In this document: positions 1 to 14,319 of the stretch, one piece after another
How positions within the stretch are numbered: position 1 is the first letter of the stretch
How the letters are laid out: each line of letters opens with the position of its first letter
Assembly: GCA_900088475.1 (NCBI GenBank)
Contig: FLMG01001458.1
Location: 52,153-116,152 of the forward strand
DNA from: Hyphochytrium catenoides
Lineage: Eukaryota; Protista; Hyphochytriomycota
Reading direction: 5' to 3'
DNA: 64,000 nucleotides
Translations under genes and position numbers: made by a program
The notes under the pieces: generated by a model
What the model saw: only the letters and a program-made list of their open reading frames with translations
Database searches by the model: none
Told to the model about the DNA's origin: nothing

Positions 1-107
1 TGCCAACAGAAATCTCTCTCGGGAGTCATAGAACAGACCTGTGCATGTGCACTGTTTAGGATTCCCAACGCGAAAAGCCCGACCGGGCGCATTTAGGAAC
101 TTGTGCA

Positions 108-3100
108 ATGGCAGGGGCACAGGAGCGGAGGTCGATGGAGAGGGAAGTAGCGCACCTTCTTCAGGAATGCTCCGAGCAGCTTCGATCGGAGAAGTTGACC
201 GCTAGANNNNNNNNNNNNNNNNNNNNNNNNNNNAAGAGTTCGAGGAAAAGGTGCATCAGCTGAACACCCCAGTGGGTGGCAAAGTATCAGAGTTCACATC
301 GTGGGCTCGAATTCTCTACATGTTTCTCACCTGCCTCAAACTGGATCATCTCAGCGTAAGTCAAAAGGGGAGGAGCCAGGCTAAATCAGATCGCATCATT
401 CTCTTCCGCAAGTACCTGGAGAAAGCAGGTGAGTCAATATGTCTGCAAAGGCTAAGTAGATGGCTCGTCTAACCCGTCACCCGCTGCAGAATCCCGTGGC
501 CCTCGACTGCATCTCTCTCCCTTCGGACAGAAGTTCCTCAAGAAGCTGATCGACCACATCGTTGACGTTTTCAGGCGAAAGGACACTCTTCTTCATCTAC
601 TCCCAGATTATTCTGCCATTTTAGAGACCATCGTACAGTGTCCCTGCTATCAGAACCTACTGAACGGGGACATGTTCAGGTCTCTCTTCGACACTTACGC
701 GGCGATACTCTTGGATGAGGGTGTGGTGCGCACTGCCTACGTACAGACGTTCACAATCATCATGGAAGCAAACCCGAATGATAGTTACGAAGATCTTCCT
801 GCGATTGTATCATTCTACAAAGATTGGTTCTCAAACTGGAGGTCATACTTCTTGTCTTATCACCTCATCCCCTTGGCTCTTACCTTCTGCAAAATGTTCA
901 AACTCGACCATGTCTTGCTCTCAGAATAGGAGACTTTGCTTCGTATCCTTTCTTACTTGCGATCTGTGTCGGTGTCTGTTTCTACGTGCTTTCAGTTTAT
1001 GCAAGACTCGCGATAGCACGCCTATCTACCGCTTGGTTGACCTGCAGCTTAAGCTTCACTTAACATTATGCTGCTATCTCTCTGGGCTGATGTTTATGCT
1101 TACCTTCTCTGCTTTCTCTTCTGTCCCTAACCTTCTTTCTCCCTTGAATCCAGCAAATACGCCAAGGACCCGGGAGTAGGCAAGATGATGCTTAGGTCCT
1201 GTAATGGATTGATGCGCCGCTATGGCCGTAGTCTCTCTCCCTTGCTTCTCGAGGCGGCTCGGCCGATAATATCGTATATACAGCGCTCGTGGCACCAAGT
1301 TCCAAGGAGTAAGCTAGAAGATCATTCCCTTTTCATTGTCTACCTCCTTCAGCTCCTTGAGCCATCAGAGCTGTCACATTATGACCATGGAGTCCTTCTT
1401 AGAGAAGTGCGATCTATCTTTGAGTCCCTAGGCCACCCATCCGTCTTGCAGAATATGGGGAGCTCTCAGTTCCGCCGCTTCACACTGAAGAGTGAGGCCT
1501 CATGGATCATTGACGAGTCTTCTACTGGTTACTTCACAATGTTAGCAGACTTGGTCATCTATTTAGAGAAGTGTCACAGAGGGGCGGATCGCAGCGCTGC
1601 TTCCACAGCTCCTTCGTTACTTGGCAGATATAACAGCTCAGAGGAAAGGAAAGAGGGAAGTTCAGGCGCCGATGGCAAAGAGTCGGGAAGAAAGAGGCAG
1701 AGGACGCAATCGCCGTGGGAAAGACTGATAGAAAGAATTCTCGATAGGACTTCTCTAGAAGCCAAGCTTATCTCTCCAGATACCGATGAAGCTGCACGCT
1801 TCTCTTTCTCAGTTTCGCAGACCGGAACTCAAGCGCGAGTGCGCTCCAAGATGATGCATCGGGCATGGGCAGCTGACTTTTTGCCCTGGGTCCAACTCTT
1901 CTCCATTCTTTTAGAGCGAGATGGCGCATGGGAACTATTTGAGGGGAGAATTGACCAAGTAGCGGATGCCTTGCAAGAACTGCTTCAGGAGCTTGTTCAG
2001 ACTGAAGTTTTAGATGTCCAGTGCTGGATCATCCACTGCCTAACACAACTCTCTCTCGTGTGCTCTCATCTAATAGAGAGAAAGAGTGACAGAGAGGGTG
2101 AAGCAAACGTTAGAAGGTTGGATGACCTGTGGCTGACGGTGTGGAGGACCTTGTTACGGACTGATCTTCCTTTTTCAGCCTCTACTGCGAGTGTTCTTCC
2201 TGGGTCCAGAGGAGAGCTGGTTCTTTGCCTCCTCTCGTCCATATTAAACTTCAACCTCTCCCTTTCCCTCTCGTTGGAGGAGTTAGAAAGCTTCTGCTCC
2301 CTACCCGCCTTCCGAATTCCTCGTCCTGAGGCTACTGGGGTCATTCTCTCCACCCTTCTCGCCGCTCTAGGCCGAGTGGATAGCACAACCCTCTCTTCCC
2401 TCACTGTAGACCCAGCAGCACTGACCGGCGAGCAGAGACAGACTGAGACTGGTGGAGCAGTAGGGGAATCTAGCGTGACAACCAGGTTAGTACAGAAGGC
2501 TGCTCCTTGCGAATATGTCCTTCCGCCTCTCCTCTATTCTTTACCGTTGGTCTGCCTCCAGCTACTTGCGCAGTACCTCTAGGCGAAAGCTTATTAATGG
2601 GCTGCCTCTTTCTTGCACCATGGTTCTTGGAATCGAATAAGCGCACTCACGTTCCCTTTCGCGTTCTACACATTTACGTAGTTCATCGTCCGCAACCTTC
2701 ATCTAACTCTCCTCCTATACTCAGGACGCTGGTCTTTATCTTGGAGTTCTTGCATGCGAAGGTGCTTCATGTGGAATATCTGCTTAGTAAGGAGTGGAAG
2801 AGCCTCCTACTAGACTCGTCTCGTCTTTCTCTTCTTCTACTAGGGGCCATTGGAGGTACAGATACCACACACGTCTGGTCTCGCTATTCCTCTGGTGCTC
2901 TCATGACCCTGAGATACAAGCTCTGTCAAGAGCCATCCGTGACTGGGCCCCTCACGAGGAACAAGCTACAGGAGGTTCTTGAGGTAGACCCGCCGCGGTA
3001 TGTAAGCCGTCATTCTTCGATTGTGCCTCCTGCAACAGCTCAGTGGAGCAATGACCGATTTGACTCTGTCTCTAATGCTTCACCATGGGCCACTTATTCT

Positions 3101-6100
3101 CTGTCTACTTCTGGTCCAAGTGCTGTGTGCTCGTTGGTGCTCTGTCTCTACTGAGTTGCTGACCTGGTGGATGTACACTATAGATTTGCAATCAAAGAAA
3201 CAGCGAGCCGCAGCGGTGGGCTGAACCTCAATGAAACCTTTAGCTCTCGGAGAAACAGAGAGGTGGCGGATCTTCTACAAAGGGGAAGTACAAGCCAGGC
3301 AGAGTTAAGTGAAGCTACAAATGCTCTTGACGCATATGAAGGACCTGAGCCTCTATTTGAGGCACTGACACCAAAGTCGCGTCTGCAACCTGACAGATCG
3401 AGAAGGAAAACACCCGCTCAAGGTGATCGCCCCTGTTTTTAAAAGAGCAATCTTCTCCCCATCGCACTTTCTCCCACCCCTTTACCTCCAAATGCTGACT
3501 TTTGCAAGCTACAGAGATCCCGGATGTCCGCGCATTGAAGGTCATAGCCGAGCGGATCAGAGAAGCCTGCGCCCTGCTGCTTCAAAGCCCTGACAAGAGA
3601 CTTCAGAGTCTCGACCTTTCTCTTTTCCTACTAGTCCTAGTACGTTCTGTTGCCTTTCGCAAGAAACAGAAAAGTTTGCTGCGAGAAATTACTTTCTCTC
3701 TTAACGAGCTCCTTCTCGGTATACTAACCAGTCTTAGAGAGGAAAAGATTGGGCTTGACATGCCTAGCCTGGCGATGGAGCTGGAAAGACTTGAGTTTCT
3801 TATCCTTCAAGGTCAAAAAGGCGAACAAGATCATAAGAAGCAAAGAGGAGAGAGGTTCTACTTCTTTGAACTCTCTGCGGAGGTCACAGCCATGATAGGA
3901 GAGCTGATTGAGGAGTTAGTTGATAGTGGAGAGGGTAGAATGGAGGACGACGGAGAAACTCAGACCATGGACATTCAGGACTCCAGACAACGAGGAAAGA
4001 TAGAGAAATTGTCGTCCCAAGCTCTCTCTGCCTGCCGCAAGTACAATCTCTACTGGTGCTTCCGACTCCTCGTCCGTGTGACCCCTTCTATAGAGTCTGC
4101 CCAGCTTATTGTCCGGACAATCTCCTCCTGGGACATGTATGGAGAGGAGCTGCCTGCCAGTATCGTCCTTCTTACTCTAATTCCTCAACCTGCAGTGGTA
4201 GACTTTGCCGTTAGCTTATTAGGTAACTTGGTTGACTCGCGCTTCCCGTCGGACCTTTTTCGCCAAATGCAAGTGATGCGCTGCATCTGTGCATTAGCTG
4301 ACTGGCTCTTCTTGCTTACTAAAGAAGATAGAGAAGATCAGGCACGAGGACAGGACGTGAGAGGAGACGGAGCAGTAGCTACTCTTCGTTCCTCTGACTC
4401 TCTCTCGGCTATCGAGAGTGTTATCTTCCGCCAGCTAACGTCTGACTGCCCTCGCGCCGAGGTACGCTTGGCCCGGATGTACGCTGCCAAAAAGCTGTGG
4501 GTTGTTTTTTCTGAAAGGTTTGCCTCCTTCCTGGATGAGCTGTGGCAGGTAAGGAAGCTGATACCGTCGTTCTGCTAAACTTCTACTAGCTAACCTGTGG
4601 CTGGTTAGAGAACATGCTCACTTCCTTCTCTCTGTGATAATGTATCCGTCTCTCCTGCTTATTTCCTTCTTGCCGAGCTCATGCTGAAGTAAGTCTCTCT
4701 CTCCTCTCTCTCTCCCTTTGCCTCCCTTCCTCCCTCCCCTTCTCCCTTTCTGTCCCTTTCTCTCTCCCCTCTCACTTCGCTGCAATCCTTCTCTATAGGG
4801 CATGAAGGATCCGTCTGATTGGGTCCGTCAATATACGTCTCATTGCCTTCAGGAGCCGTTCCGACTCTTTCCTGAATCTCATGCAGGAGTTTTTGCCACA
4901 GTAACACAGAGCCTACCCCTACCTCTCGCTTCCCTATCCTCTGCCAATCTCGAGGAGGATTACGCCTACTTCTTCTCTTCTCTCTTGCTGACCTCAGCAC
5001 TCTCGCTTTCAGACACCCTGCTTGCTCTCTGGCAAGGACCACTTTCCCGTTTCTCCAGCGAGTTCCATTCCTGCATAGTTTCCCTCCTCACTATGGCAGC
5101 AAGAACTGAGCTTTCACCTTCTGCGGCAATTCTTTTGGAGGCATTGGCGAAGAGGCTGACTTATCGTTCTCTGAAGAGTTTCCTCTGGGACTTTTCTCCT
5201 CCAATCTTGTTCTTGTGGATCAACGAGCATGTAGAGAGAGTTCTTGAAGAGCACGCTAAGAAGGATAAAGAGGGAGATGAAGCTCTCATTCGTGCACTCT
5301 TTGAAAGCTTTCCTTATTCCTTATTTGGTTGCAACAACCTCTTTTCCTTCTTCTCTAGCTTCAAAGAAGTTCTTATCGGAGTAATTTCAAACCTCGAAGG
5401 GAGAGAGAGAGAGAAGCTCCTCTCGTCCCTCGCCCTTGCCCTCGGCACAGGGATTCGGCAGTCGGTGACTCCAGAGCTTCTCTCCCCAGCCATTGAGAAG
5501 GTTGTTGCCTATGGCCTCGTCCGCGGGGGAGGCACGACTAGTGAAAGCGGCGAGGTAAGGAGAGAAAGAGCGGAAGAGTCCCCCCTCCAAGGTGTGGCGA
5601 CATTCCTCAAGGGTGTCATAGGCTCATCTACTGCCTCCTCCTTGGTATCTGATGCATTACACCGAATATTTCAAGAGCTTCTCCATACCTGGGTTACCTG
5701 CGGAGGCTTAGAGGACACGCGCCCGGTAAAGTTCCAGTGGGCAAGGTGGCAAAGCGAGCTTTCCGCTTCCTCTCTCATCGCTGACCACCCGGCATCCGTG
5801 TCCTTAGTGGACCAACTGAACCCGATGGACGTTATGAGCAGCATTTATGCATGTGCACTGCAAGCAAGTGATAGAGCTTCACAAAGCAGGGTTATTGAGG
5901 TCAGTACATCTCCTTTTTGTCCACTATCGAAGTCCAAGTATTTACCTCCAAGTCCTCCGTGAGTTTCTCCTGATTGAGCTAGTTAGCCTTTCTGCTGGTG
6001 TCCTACGTCTTCTCTACATTCCCCAACCAATGCGTGTCCGTCTCTCGCTATGGTCATAAGGATGCGGCTACTCTGCATCTTTCAGGCTTAGCGGCCAAAC

Positions 6101-9100
6101 TCTTTGAATCGCCTGGGCTAACTTTGGTTTCTCTGTTCGCCTTGTAATGCCTTAAAGGTTCTTGAAGAAACACTTGCCTGGTTTGGCAGTCGGCTCTTTG
6201 TCTCTCCATGTGAAGAGGTCTGCCTGCGCACTACTCTTTGGATTTTCCAAGCCTTCCAGGGACAAAGACAGAGTAGAGCTGCTCTTCTTCTTCAAGCTTA
6301 CAGCGGAGCGCTGAAGAACCTTGACAAAGGGAAAGCGCTGTCAGCATCGGCCCTGTCTTCCCTCTACCTTCATACAGTTGTGTCTTCCTTAGTATGGATT
6401 TGCCAAAGCTCTGGGTCACGTGAAGCGTATGGCACGAAAGAAGCGCCGCTACAAAGGGAAACATGGGGTTCCGATGACACAGTGAAGCTCTCTCTTTCGA
6501 AGCTACTTCAGATGCTTTCTACATACTTTCCAGCCCTCATGTCTGGTTATAGACCAGAGCTGGAGGAGATAGTGTCCTACTTCTCAACTGTGGACTTTGA
6601 GCTACCCCCTGCTCGCGTCGTAGGAGGAGAAGAGTCATTGAGCAGTTTAGTCGAAAGGCTTGACGAATTGACGTCAAAGGTAGGCTTATTGGCGTGATGA
6701 GCGATACAAGGGAGGGAAAAAGAGGGAGAAGAAGAGAAAAGAAGGATCATGTCAGAGACTCCGCGTCACTTGCTGACATCTTGCTTGCCACGATCCCTCC
6801 AGTCTCTCAGCACCAGTATGATGGCTGAGGTCCTTGATTATACCTTGGTCATGCTTGTCAAAACGTTCAAGGAGGTCCCTTCCCTTACTTCACCAACAGC
6901 CCGGAGGCAAACCAGAAAGGTGATCTTGCTTTCCATCTCTTTTTTCTGGTCTTTCGCTAACTGCTACTTCCTGCGAAGGCCTTTCAGGCGGTACTACGGC
7001 TATGTGGCCCCGGGCAAAATGAAAGCATTAAACTGAGGGCCGCTTCCTGTCTAGGAACACTAGGAATGGTACAGATAAACGTTGACCGTGAGGAGGACGA
7101 AGTCGAGGAGCAAGAGAGATTATACTCTCGGCCAAGTGTCTATCTTCCAGACCCAAGAGAGAATTTCCTTAGGTCTCTTTTGGACGTACTTCTCTTTCTG
7201 CTGCAGGACAGGAAGCCGCAGGTGGTGACGACGTCCCAGAAGGCATTGGGACGACTACTGGAGGACCCAGCATTAAGATCCGCCCTGACGGAGAGTGGCG
7301 AAGGGGAAAAGAAAAGAAGAGAGAGGAGATGGAAAAGCTATCTGGACAACTTCTTAAGGTTCCATACCAACCGGACGTCGGTACGGTGCTGTCATTCAAG
7401 ACGTGATACTTTGCTCATGTTTTCCTGCAGCTGAGATCTCATCCGCTGTCTCTCGTCATTACTTTCCAAGCTGCTCTCTTCTCTGCTCTTGCGGGTAGCG
7501 GTCGCTTCTCTATCCATTCTTAGTTGGGCACGTTTATGACACGTGTCCGGTGTTAGTCCTATTTGCCTTTGACAGTCTGGCCAGGTAGCCCTCTTTTCAT
7601 TTTATCTTATCCTTTCGCCCCTGAATTTGTAGGCTGATTTGTTTCCCCCGATGCGGAGCCTGAAGGTTGAGAGTCTCTTCAAATCTTGGGATGCTCGAGA
7701 TGGGTCATACGAGGAGTGGGTCACTGGTGTCGCTCGCTGTTTGTCCTCTTTGTGTAAAGATAATGCCTTTGCTTATTGTGAAGCCATTCTGGGTCTAAAA
7801 CCAGAGGTAGCAGAGTTTCTCTTTCCCTTCATGCTCTGGGATATCGTGGGCAGAGAGGTAATGTCAGGACGACAATTGTGCTGTTCTGCTTCCTTTATTC
7901 CTCTCCTCGCCTCCTCGTAAGACTAGCTTCCAAGTCCCTTGTGTTTGTGTCATCTGTCACCATACCGCCATTGAGTTGTACCTTACCTCCGCTCTGTCCT
8001 CGCTCTGACAAGCTCTTGGTGTTGTTCTCTCGTCCAATTCCGGCGCCCATTTCTACTCATTCCCTCCTAACCACTTCTACTCATCCTCCTACCTTCCGCT
8101 TCTCCTCTTTGCTAGAACCTCGCTCTTGCCGTTTCTCAGTGGTAGATGATCCTCCTAAAGATCTTACTGTTTGCTATCTCACCGCTTTTGCGGATTCTTC
8201 CTTAACCATCATTTTCGCTTTGACTGAGTACACCGTTCTTCCCTATTTGTGCTAGGACGTGTCGGAGATTCCCAAACTAGTTCGTGCCTTGATATTGAAA
8301 GACTTGCGCGCTTTCACGGACCTTCCGGCGTCGCAGTATGATTCTAGCAGCACGCAGTACAAAGCTCTGCAAACTATCATCTCAGCACTCAATTTTCTGA
8401 GGAAAGCTCAGGTCCAGACCTTCCGGAGCAGATTCAGTCATGGAAGTTCTCAATCTTTTTCCTCATTCCCCGCTTCTGGAGCACCAGGAGACGAGACCCG
8501 TCCGAGTCTTCCTTATACTCTCTTTTTCTCTGATGATCACTTCCTACTTTTCGCAGAGGCTGCTCTCCGATGCCGGCAGTCCTATCTCGCCCTAATCTTT
8601 ATAGAGCTCTATGCAGAAACCAAGCAAGGCCGACTTAAAATGCCGGAGGAGAGGGATACTAGCTCCTTTTTCCAGGTGAGAATGGGAATTTGAAAGAGGC
8701 TGAACGGAAACAATCCAAGAACTGAAGGGAAAGGGAAGATGATCATTGTTCTTTGGAACGGAGAGCTCGTAAGTTGGACGCAAGGATGATGGTAGGAAGG
8801 ATAAAGAGAAACAAGAGCTAAACCCATAAGGAATGGAGGAAGGGAGTTATACTGATAAGAGCTCGTCGATGCTCTCCCCTTAAACGGCTGCTGAGTGCCC
8901 ACCAGGATCTTCCTCCCTCATGTTAACCTTGTTCTTTATCCTAATTTGATCTCATCGTCGGCACGTACGTGGATGCTAACACCGCTGTTTTTCTATGCTG
9001 TTCCTCCTGAAGTCCTTTCCTAGCATGACCGCAGCTGGACAACAACAGTCGAAGATGGTCCTTCTCCGTGCTTTCCAGGCCATTGGTGAGCAGGACTGCC

Positions 9101-12100
9101 TGCAGGCAATCTCTGCGGCTGATCTAGAAACAAGAATTGCCGTTTCTCAGCACCAGTCGCATTGGGGCAAGCTGATGGGGTTACTAGAGACCGCCAACGA
9201 TATGGAGAGAGTGTCCTCAACTCCTTCTCTGTCTCTTCCCTCTTCTTCTCCTTCCTCTGCCAGTGATACCAGTAAGAGGATCACTGAGAATGACAGTCAG
9301 ATGATCTTTTCTTCTAGTCTCATTCGATTAGGACTTCCAAGCCTTGTAGGTCCATATATTGCCGATATATCGAGGAAGGAAGTAAGTGTCAAGCAAAGCC
9401 TCTTAGAAAGGGCCTATGAAGCGGCCTGGAGGCTTCAGGATTGGAACTTTACGGAGACCAAGGCGGAGCATCTCCATCTCCCCCTACCTGAGAGAGAGAG
9501 ATTCCAGGAAAGTATATTCTTCCTCATGAAGATGCTGAAGGGAGGAAATGAGCCATCCTTTAGGGGAAGAATGGAGCGGCTGAAGCTCTCCCTCCTGCGC
9601 TCTTTGGATCAGCCAGGGTCGACTACTAGCCAAGATATGCAGGGTCTTTCCGACTGCCTTAATAAGCTGCATATATTGGGAGAGATAGCAGAGGCTTGGG
9701 ATGTCTGCCGGGGAGGGAAAGAGGAGGTTGGAGAAGGAAGCGTACGGAGTCTATATCGGCGTTGGAAAAGAAAAGAACTCCTCCTGTCAAGCAACTTTAC
9801 CCGTTCGGAGACTCTTCTCTCTTTACGTGGCACTCTTCTTTCCCTCGTGAGCGACGTGCTGGCCAGTCACGGAGTAGAAAGCGAGCGGCTGGCTGAGAGC
9901 ACCGTGGCCCTTGTAGATCAGTATCTTACGGGTTCTCTCCTTGCCAGGGACGCAAGCCAAATTCAATTATGTCTCCCACTACTGGCTAAGGCTTGGAGGG
10001 TGCTTGAAGGTTGTGATACCTTCGCTTCTTCTCTGTCTCGCGGGATACCTGGAAACTCCCTTCTTGCCTCTGTCCTTCGCTATCGCTGGGGTCTAGAGTA
10101 CATCCGCGTACTATGGGCCCAACAGGAGCCCGATGTCGCTATCAACCTGAGCAGAGAGATAACAAGCGACCTAGAGACCTTCCTGCGTCGAGTCGCCCCG
10201 ACAATTCTACCTTCTCCAGCCTCTGGGAAAGCAACGTCAGTTGCAACAAATCACGGGGTTCTGGGCGGAGGAGGAATGGCTTTTCTCCACGAGAGCAATC
10301 GAGTGGGCGGACTAGTGAGCATCTTCGCGACTCTTCTCTCTCTCTCTGGTTCTTGGGTGGCGAGCTCAAAGTCTGAAAACTCTCAGGATATTATAGATGC
10401 ATACTATAGAAAGGCTATTCAAGCCCTCCACAGGTAAGGTCTCTGCCTTCATTTTGTCCTTCTACTTCTGCCTTTACATTCACCCATTCTTCTTCATTCT
10501 TCACGTGTGAAGCCCTTACTCCTACCCTAACCTTGATTGCCTATCTCTGCATTGACTCTGCTTCCGTTCCTTACCTCTTCTTGCTCATGCTGCGGCATGG
10601 CTCCTCATCCCTATGTTGTTTCGTCATTTGATGGTCGACAGTGGATCCCAAGCGCGGCGCAGCTCCGTCACGAGAGAAGAGGAGGAAGAGGAAAGTGGCA
10701 AGGGAATTGACCTCGGAAGAGCACATCAACTCCTAGGGAACTATGTCTCCAATCTCTACTTTGGGGTCAAGCAGAGAGTACAATCCCCAGAATGGGCGGC
10801 CTGGAGCAACCTTCTAAGCTTTAGAGAGGAAGAGCTGAAGACCATTGAGAAGAAGAGGATGAAGGTACGTCCATCTTTTCTGCTAGCGCTCTCTCTGCTC
10901 ATTCTCCGCTGTAAACAATAGCTCTTTCTTTGACTCTTTCTCTTCTCTATATCCTTGTCTCGCGGTGTATGCTCTCCACACCCGTCTTTGCATTACTATC
11001 ACCTATTTCTCTTGGCCCACGCCCGTCTTTGGCTTACTTATTACCTACTCATGGCTAAAATGAACCAGACCAAGAATCAGTACCATAGAGCTTTGCAGAT
11101 CGAATGCGCGAGAGATAGAGAGGAAAGAGAGAGAGTAGAGGCCTCTCTCGCCGATCTGCTTCTGGAATCTCTCTCCGAATACTCCAAATGCCTTGCATTT
11201 TCTTCACAAGAGGGAGACTTTAGCGTAGTCTTCCGCTTCTGTTCGCTCTGGTTCTCTAATGCTGAGGACCGGAGGGTTAACGAAGTGATGAAGGGAGCGA
11301 TTGCATCGATTCCTTCTTATAAGTTTGTTCCTCTGGTTTACCAGATCTTCTCAAGGATAGAAGGTAGAGCTTCCTTTGCCTTCGTTACTAGCAGCATGTC
11401 ATCCTTACTACCAGCTTGGCTTGGTTTATCGTGGCCCCTAGCCATCTCCCTTACTTCGCGGATAATCTGGGTGGCTCCAGCTCATCATTTGCCCCCAGTC
11501 CTGTTGCCTTTCTCCCCTACCTTCTAACGTTTCCTTGTCCCGACCAAAGCCTACTTTACCTTGCTTGATCGTCGAAAATCCTGCCGACTAACACTCTTGC
11601 CTGCGTACCAGAGAGGACAACATCGTCAAGAAGTGACTTCCAGGATGTCCTTTCCAGTCTCATTATCAAGATCTGCAGCGAACATCCGCACCATTCACTC
11701 CTCCAACTTCTTGCCCTTTCTCGCGGGGATGAAGCTCAAAGTTCACTTGGCAGTCACATCTCTTCTTCTCCTCTCTCTCCTTCCCCTACCTCTTCGAAAG
11801 CAAAGGAGGCAAGAAGGCACTTAGAGCGACTTAAACGAAGCCCGTCTCTTCTGCCACTGGTTGAGTCACTAGAAGTGCTCAGCAGTGCATATCATATCCT
11901 AGCTTTCTTTGACACTTCCCCTTACCATAAGCAGAGAAAGTCCACAATCCCCTTCGAGGTGGTCAAAGTTCATGGCAGAGTCTCATTCCAACACTGTCTA
12001 AGAGAGCGGATGAAGCTGGGGGATACCGTAAGCTGATCGCAACCTATGCTCTTGATTCCCGTAGCTATATCTATGTGCTATATCTATTTGACTCAGCTCC

Positions 12101-14126
12101 TACCGTTTAGAGGTGCAGTTGATAAGGCCAAAACAGGCAGAGGTCGTCACTCTACTCTTGCTTGCAAGAAGCGCTTCCTCATTGCGCCCTACGATTTCGC
12201 AATGCTGACTCGCCCCATTTATCCTTTAGGCCGTCCCTGCCGTGGTTACCTTACCTCTTCCGCTGCGAAAGGATGCAGACTACAAGGACATTGTACGTAT
12301 TGCTAGTTTCCCCTCCAACTTCTCTATCGCAGAGACAGGCATACATAGACCGAAGATCATCTTCTGCATTGGGTCAGATGGAAGGCCGTACAAGCAACTG
12401 GTGAAGGGGAAGGATGACATTAGGCAGGACGCCGTGATGGAGCAGGTCTTTGACACTGTCAACGAGTTCCTGACGGCCAGAGAGAACACAGAGAAGAGAA
12501 AGCTGAAAATCTGGACCTACAAAGTTGTTCCTCTCTCTCCACAATCTGGTGAGCTGCCCATCTCTTGTTGCTTTCCCTACATCTGCCAAAATACCACTGT
12601 AGGCTCGTTTCAAACTCTTTTCAGAAGGCAGTAGCTCTCCTGCCTCCCATGCCATGATAACGTTCGTCTGTGTGCCCAGCTAATGCGGATTCGTCTTTTC
12701 TTTCTCCCAACGTGTTATAGGCGTATTGGAGTGGGTGGAGAATACTCAGCCCTTACGTGATCTCCTTGTAAACTCCCGACAAGGCCTTCATGTGCGCTAT
12801 CGCCCGCATGACTGGACCAACTTGGATTGCTCTTCCTTCTTCAAAACTTCGACGCCCGAGGAGCGATTGCAACGGTTTACTAAGCTGCTAGCAAATTTCT
12901 CTCCCGTCCTTCATCATTTCTTCCTGGAAAACTTCCCAGACCCTGTCACGTGGTTCTCGAAGAGGCTCCAATATACTCGCAGTGTCGCCGTCAACTCTGT
13001 GATTGGTTATGTACTGGGCATTGGAGACCGCCATACGTCTAACATTCTCATACACAAGACTCAAGCGAAGATGATACAGATTGACTTTGGGGTTATTTTA
13101 GAGCAAGGGAAGTGCTTGCCAACCCCTGAGACCGTGCCCTTCAGGTTGACGCAGAACATCATTGACGGAATGGGGATAACTGGGGTCGATGGCGTCTTTC
13201 GACGGGCCTGTGAGGAGACATTGAAGGTAAGAGGCCAATACCCTTAACAACTACGAGGAGGGAGATGGCTTAGAAAAGGATGGCAAGCAGAATATGAGTG
13301 TTGGTATCGCTACAAATTACCGTCGGGTGACTGCTAGAATACAGTGGAAGGGTAAGAGAGATGAGGCCGGGTGAAGGGGTGGATTCACAAAGAGAAGCTG
13401 CGTGTCAGAAAGCGCGCCCAGGTCATCCGACATGGTGCTTAAGAAAGTCAGACGGTGGCCGAATGTTTGGATCTGTCTGTCTTCATTTTCCCTTTTGTAT
13501 GCACAACCATGACAGGGCTAACTTTAAGACCCTTCGTAGGTTCTGAGAGACAACTCCATCTCTCTGATGACGGTGCTCGAAGTGTTCCTACACGATCCTC
13601 TTTTCTCCTGGACTCTCTCCCCAATAAAGGCGCTCCAGGTGCAAAGGGATGAGTTGGCACACGAGGAGGGTAAGGACACATCCACAACCAGTCTCTCAAG
13701 AAAGAAAGCAGTGACTAGCAGAGGCAATGGCGTGGATGGGGTGAGTGCAGCACCACATACTTGTATTCCATCTCTCCTGACTCCTCTCTTGGCCGTCCTT
13801 CCTTTCGCTAGTTCACACCTCCGTCTTGCTCAAACACTTACTCAGCACAGTCCTGTCATCCAATATGTTCCTGGCTCCTGACTCTCATTGTTCTTCTATT
13901 CTTGCTGCCTCTTTGACAATTCAACTTGTCCTCTTGCGGGGGAGGTTAGGTTGCTACAGATACGGCGCAACGAGTACTTCTCCGTATCAAACAGAAGCTG
14001 GAGGGCTATGAAGACCCCAACGGGGCGCAGATGAGCGTGGAGGGGCAAGTGAAGCACCTGATTAACGAGGCGACCGACAATCGCAATCTCTGTAGATTAT
14101 TCGTTGGATGGGCGCCTTGGATATAA
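108..14126 (+). CDS. ATM: ATM/Tel1 PIKK serine/threonine kinase, multi-exon (roughly 20 exons)
   Basis: ATG at 108 gives a TAN-like start (LLQECSEQLRSEKLTAR, then an N gap). Helical exons follow, then FAT-region motifs (AYEAAWRLQDW, VFRFCSLWFSN, IPSYKFVPLVYQIFSR). Kinase motifs: GIHRPKIIFCIGSDG..KQLVKGKDDIRQDAVMEQVF, GYVLGIGDRHTSNIL, IQIDFG, PETVPFRLT, LEVFLHDPL. FATC end SVEGQVKHLINEATDNRNLCRLFVGWAPWI* (TAA 14124-14126). GT-AG introns, e.g. 429-488 and 4549-4798. Confidence 0.95.
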
Positions 14127-14319
14127 TGAGAAAAGTGCTTACAAAGCAGATAGGAAAAACGAGATGCTAACGCACATCTTGGTAAGATCAATGATGCGTT
14201 GATTGGTCTAACGCCGGGGCGGTCAGCACTATAAAAACGGTTGCCTTGACGTTGCTGCATGCTGGATAGAAGCAAGAAGATTGAGAGTGCACGGCATCGG
14301 GAGGACAGAGATGATTATG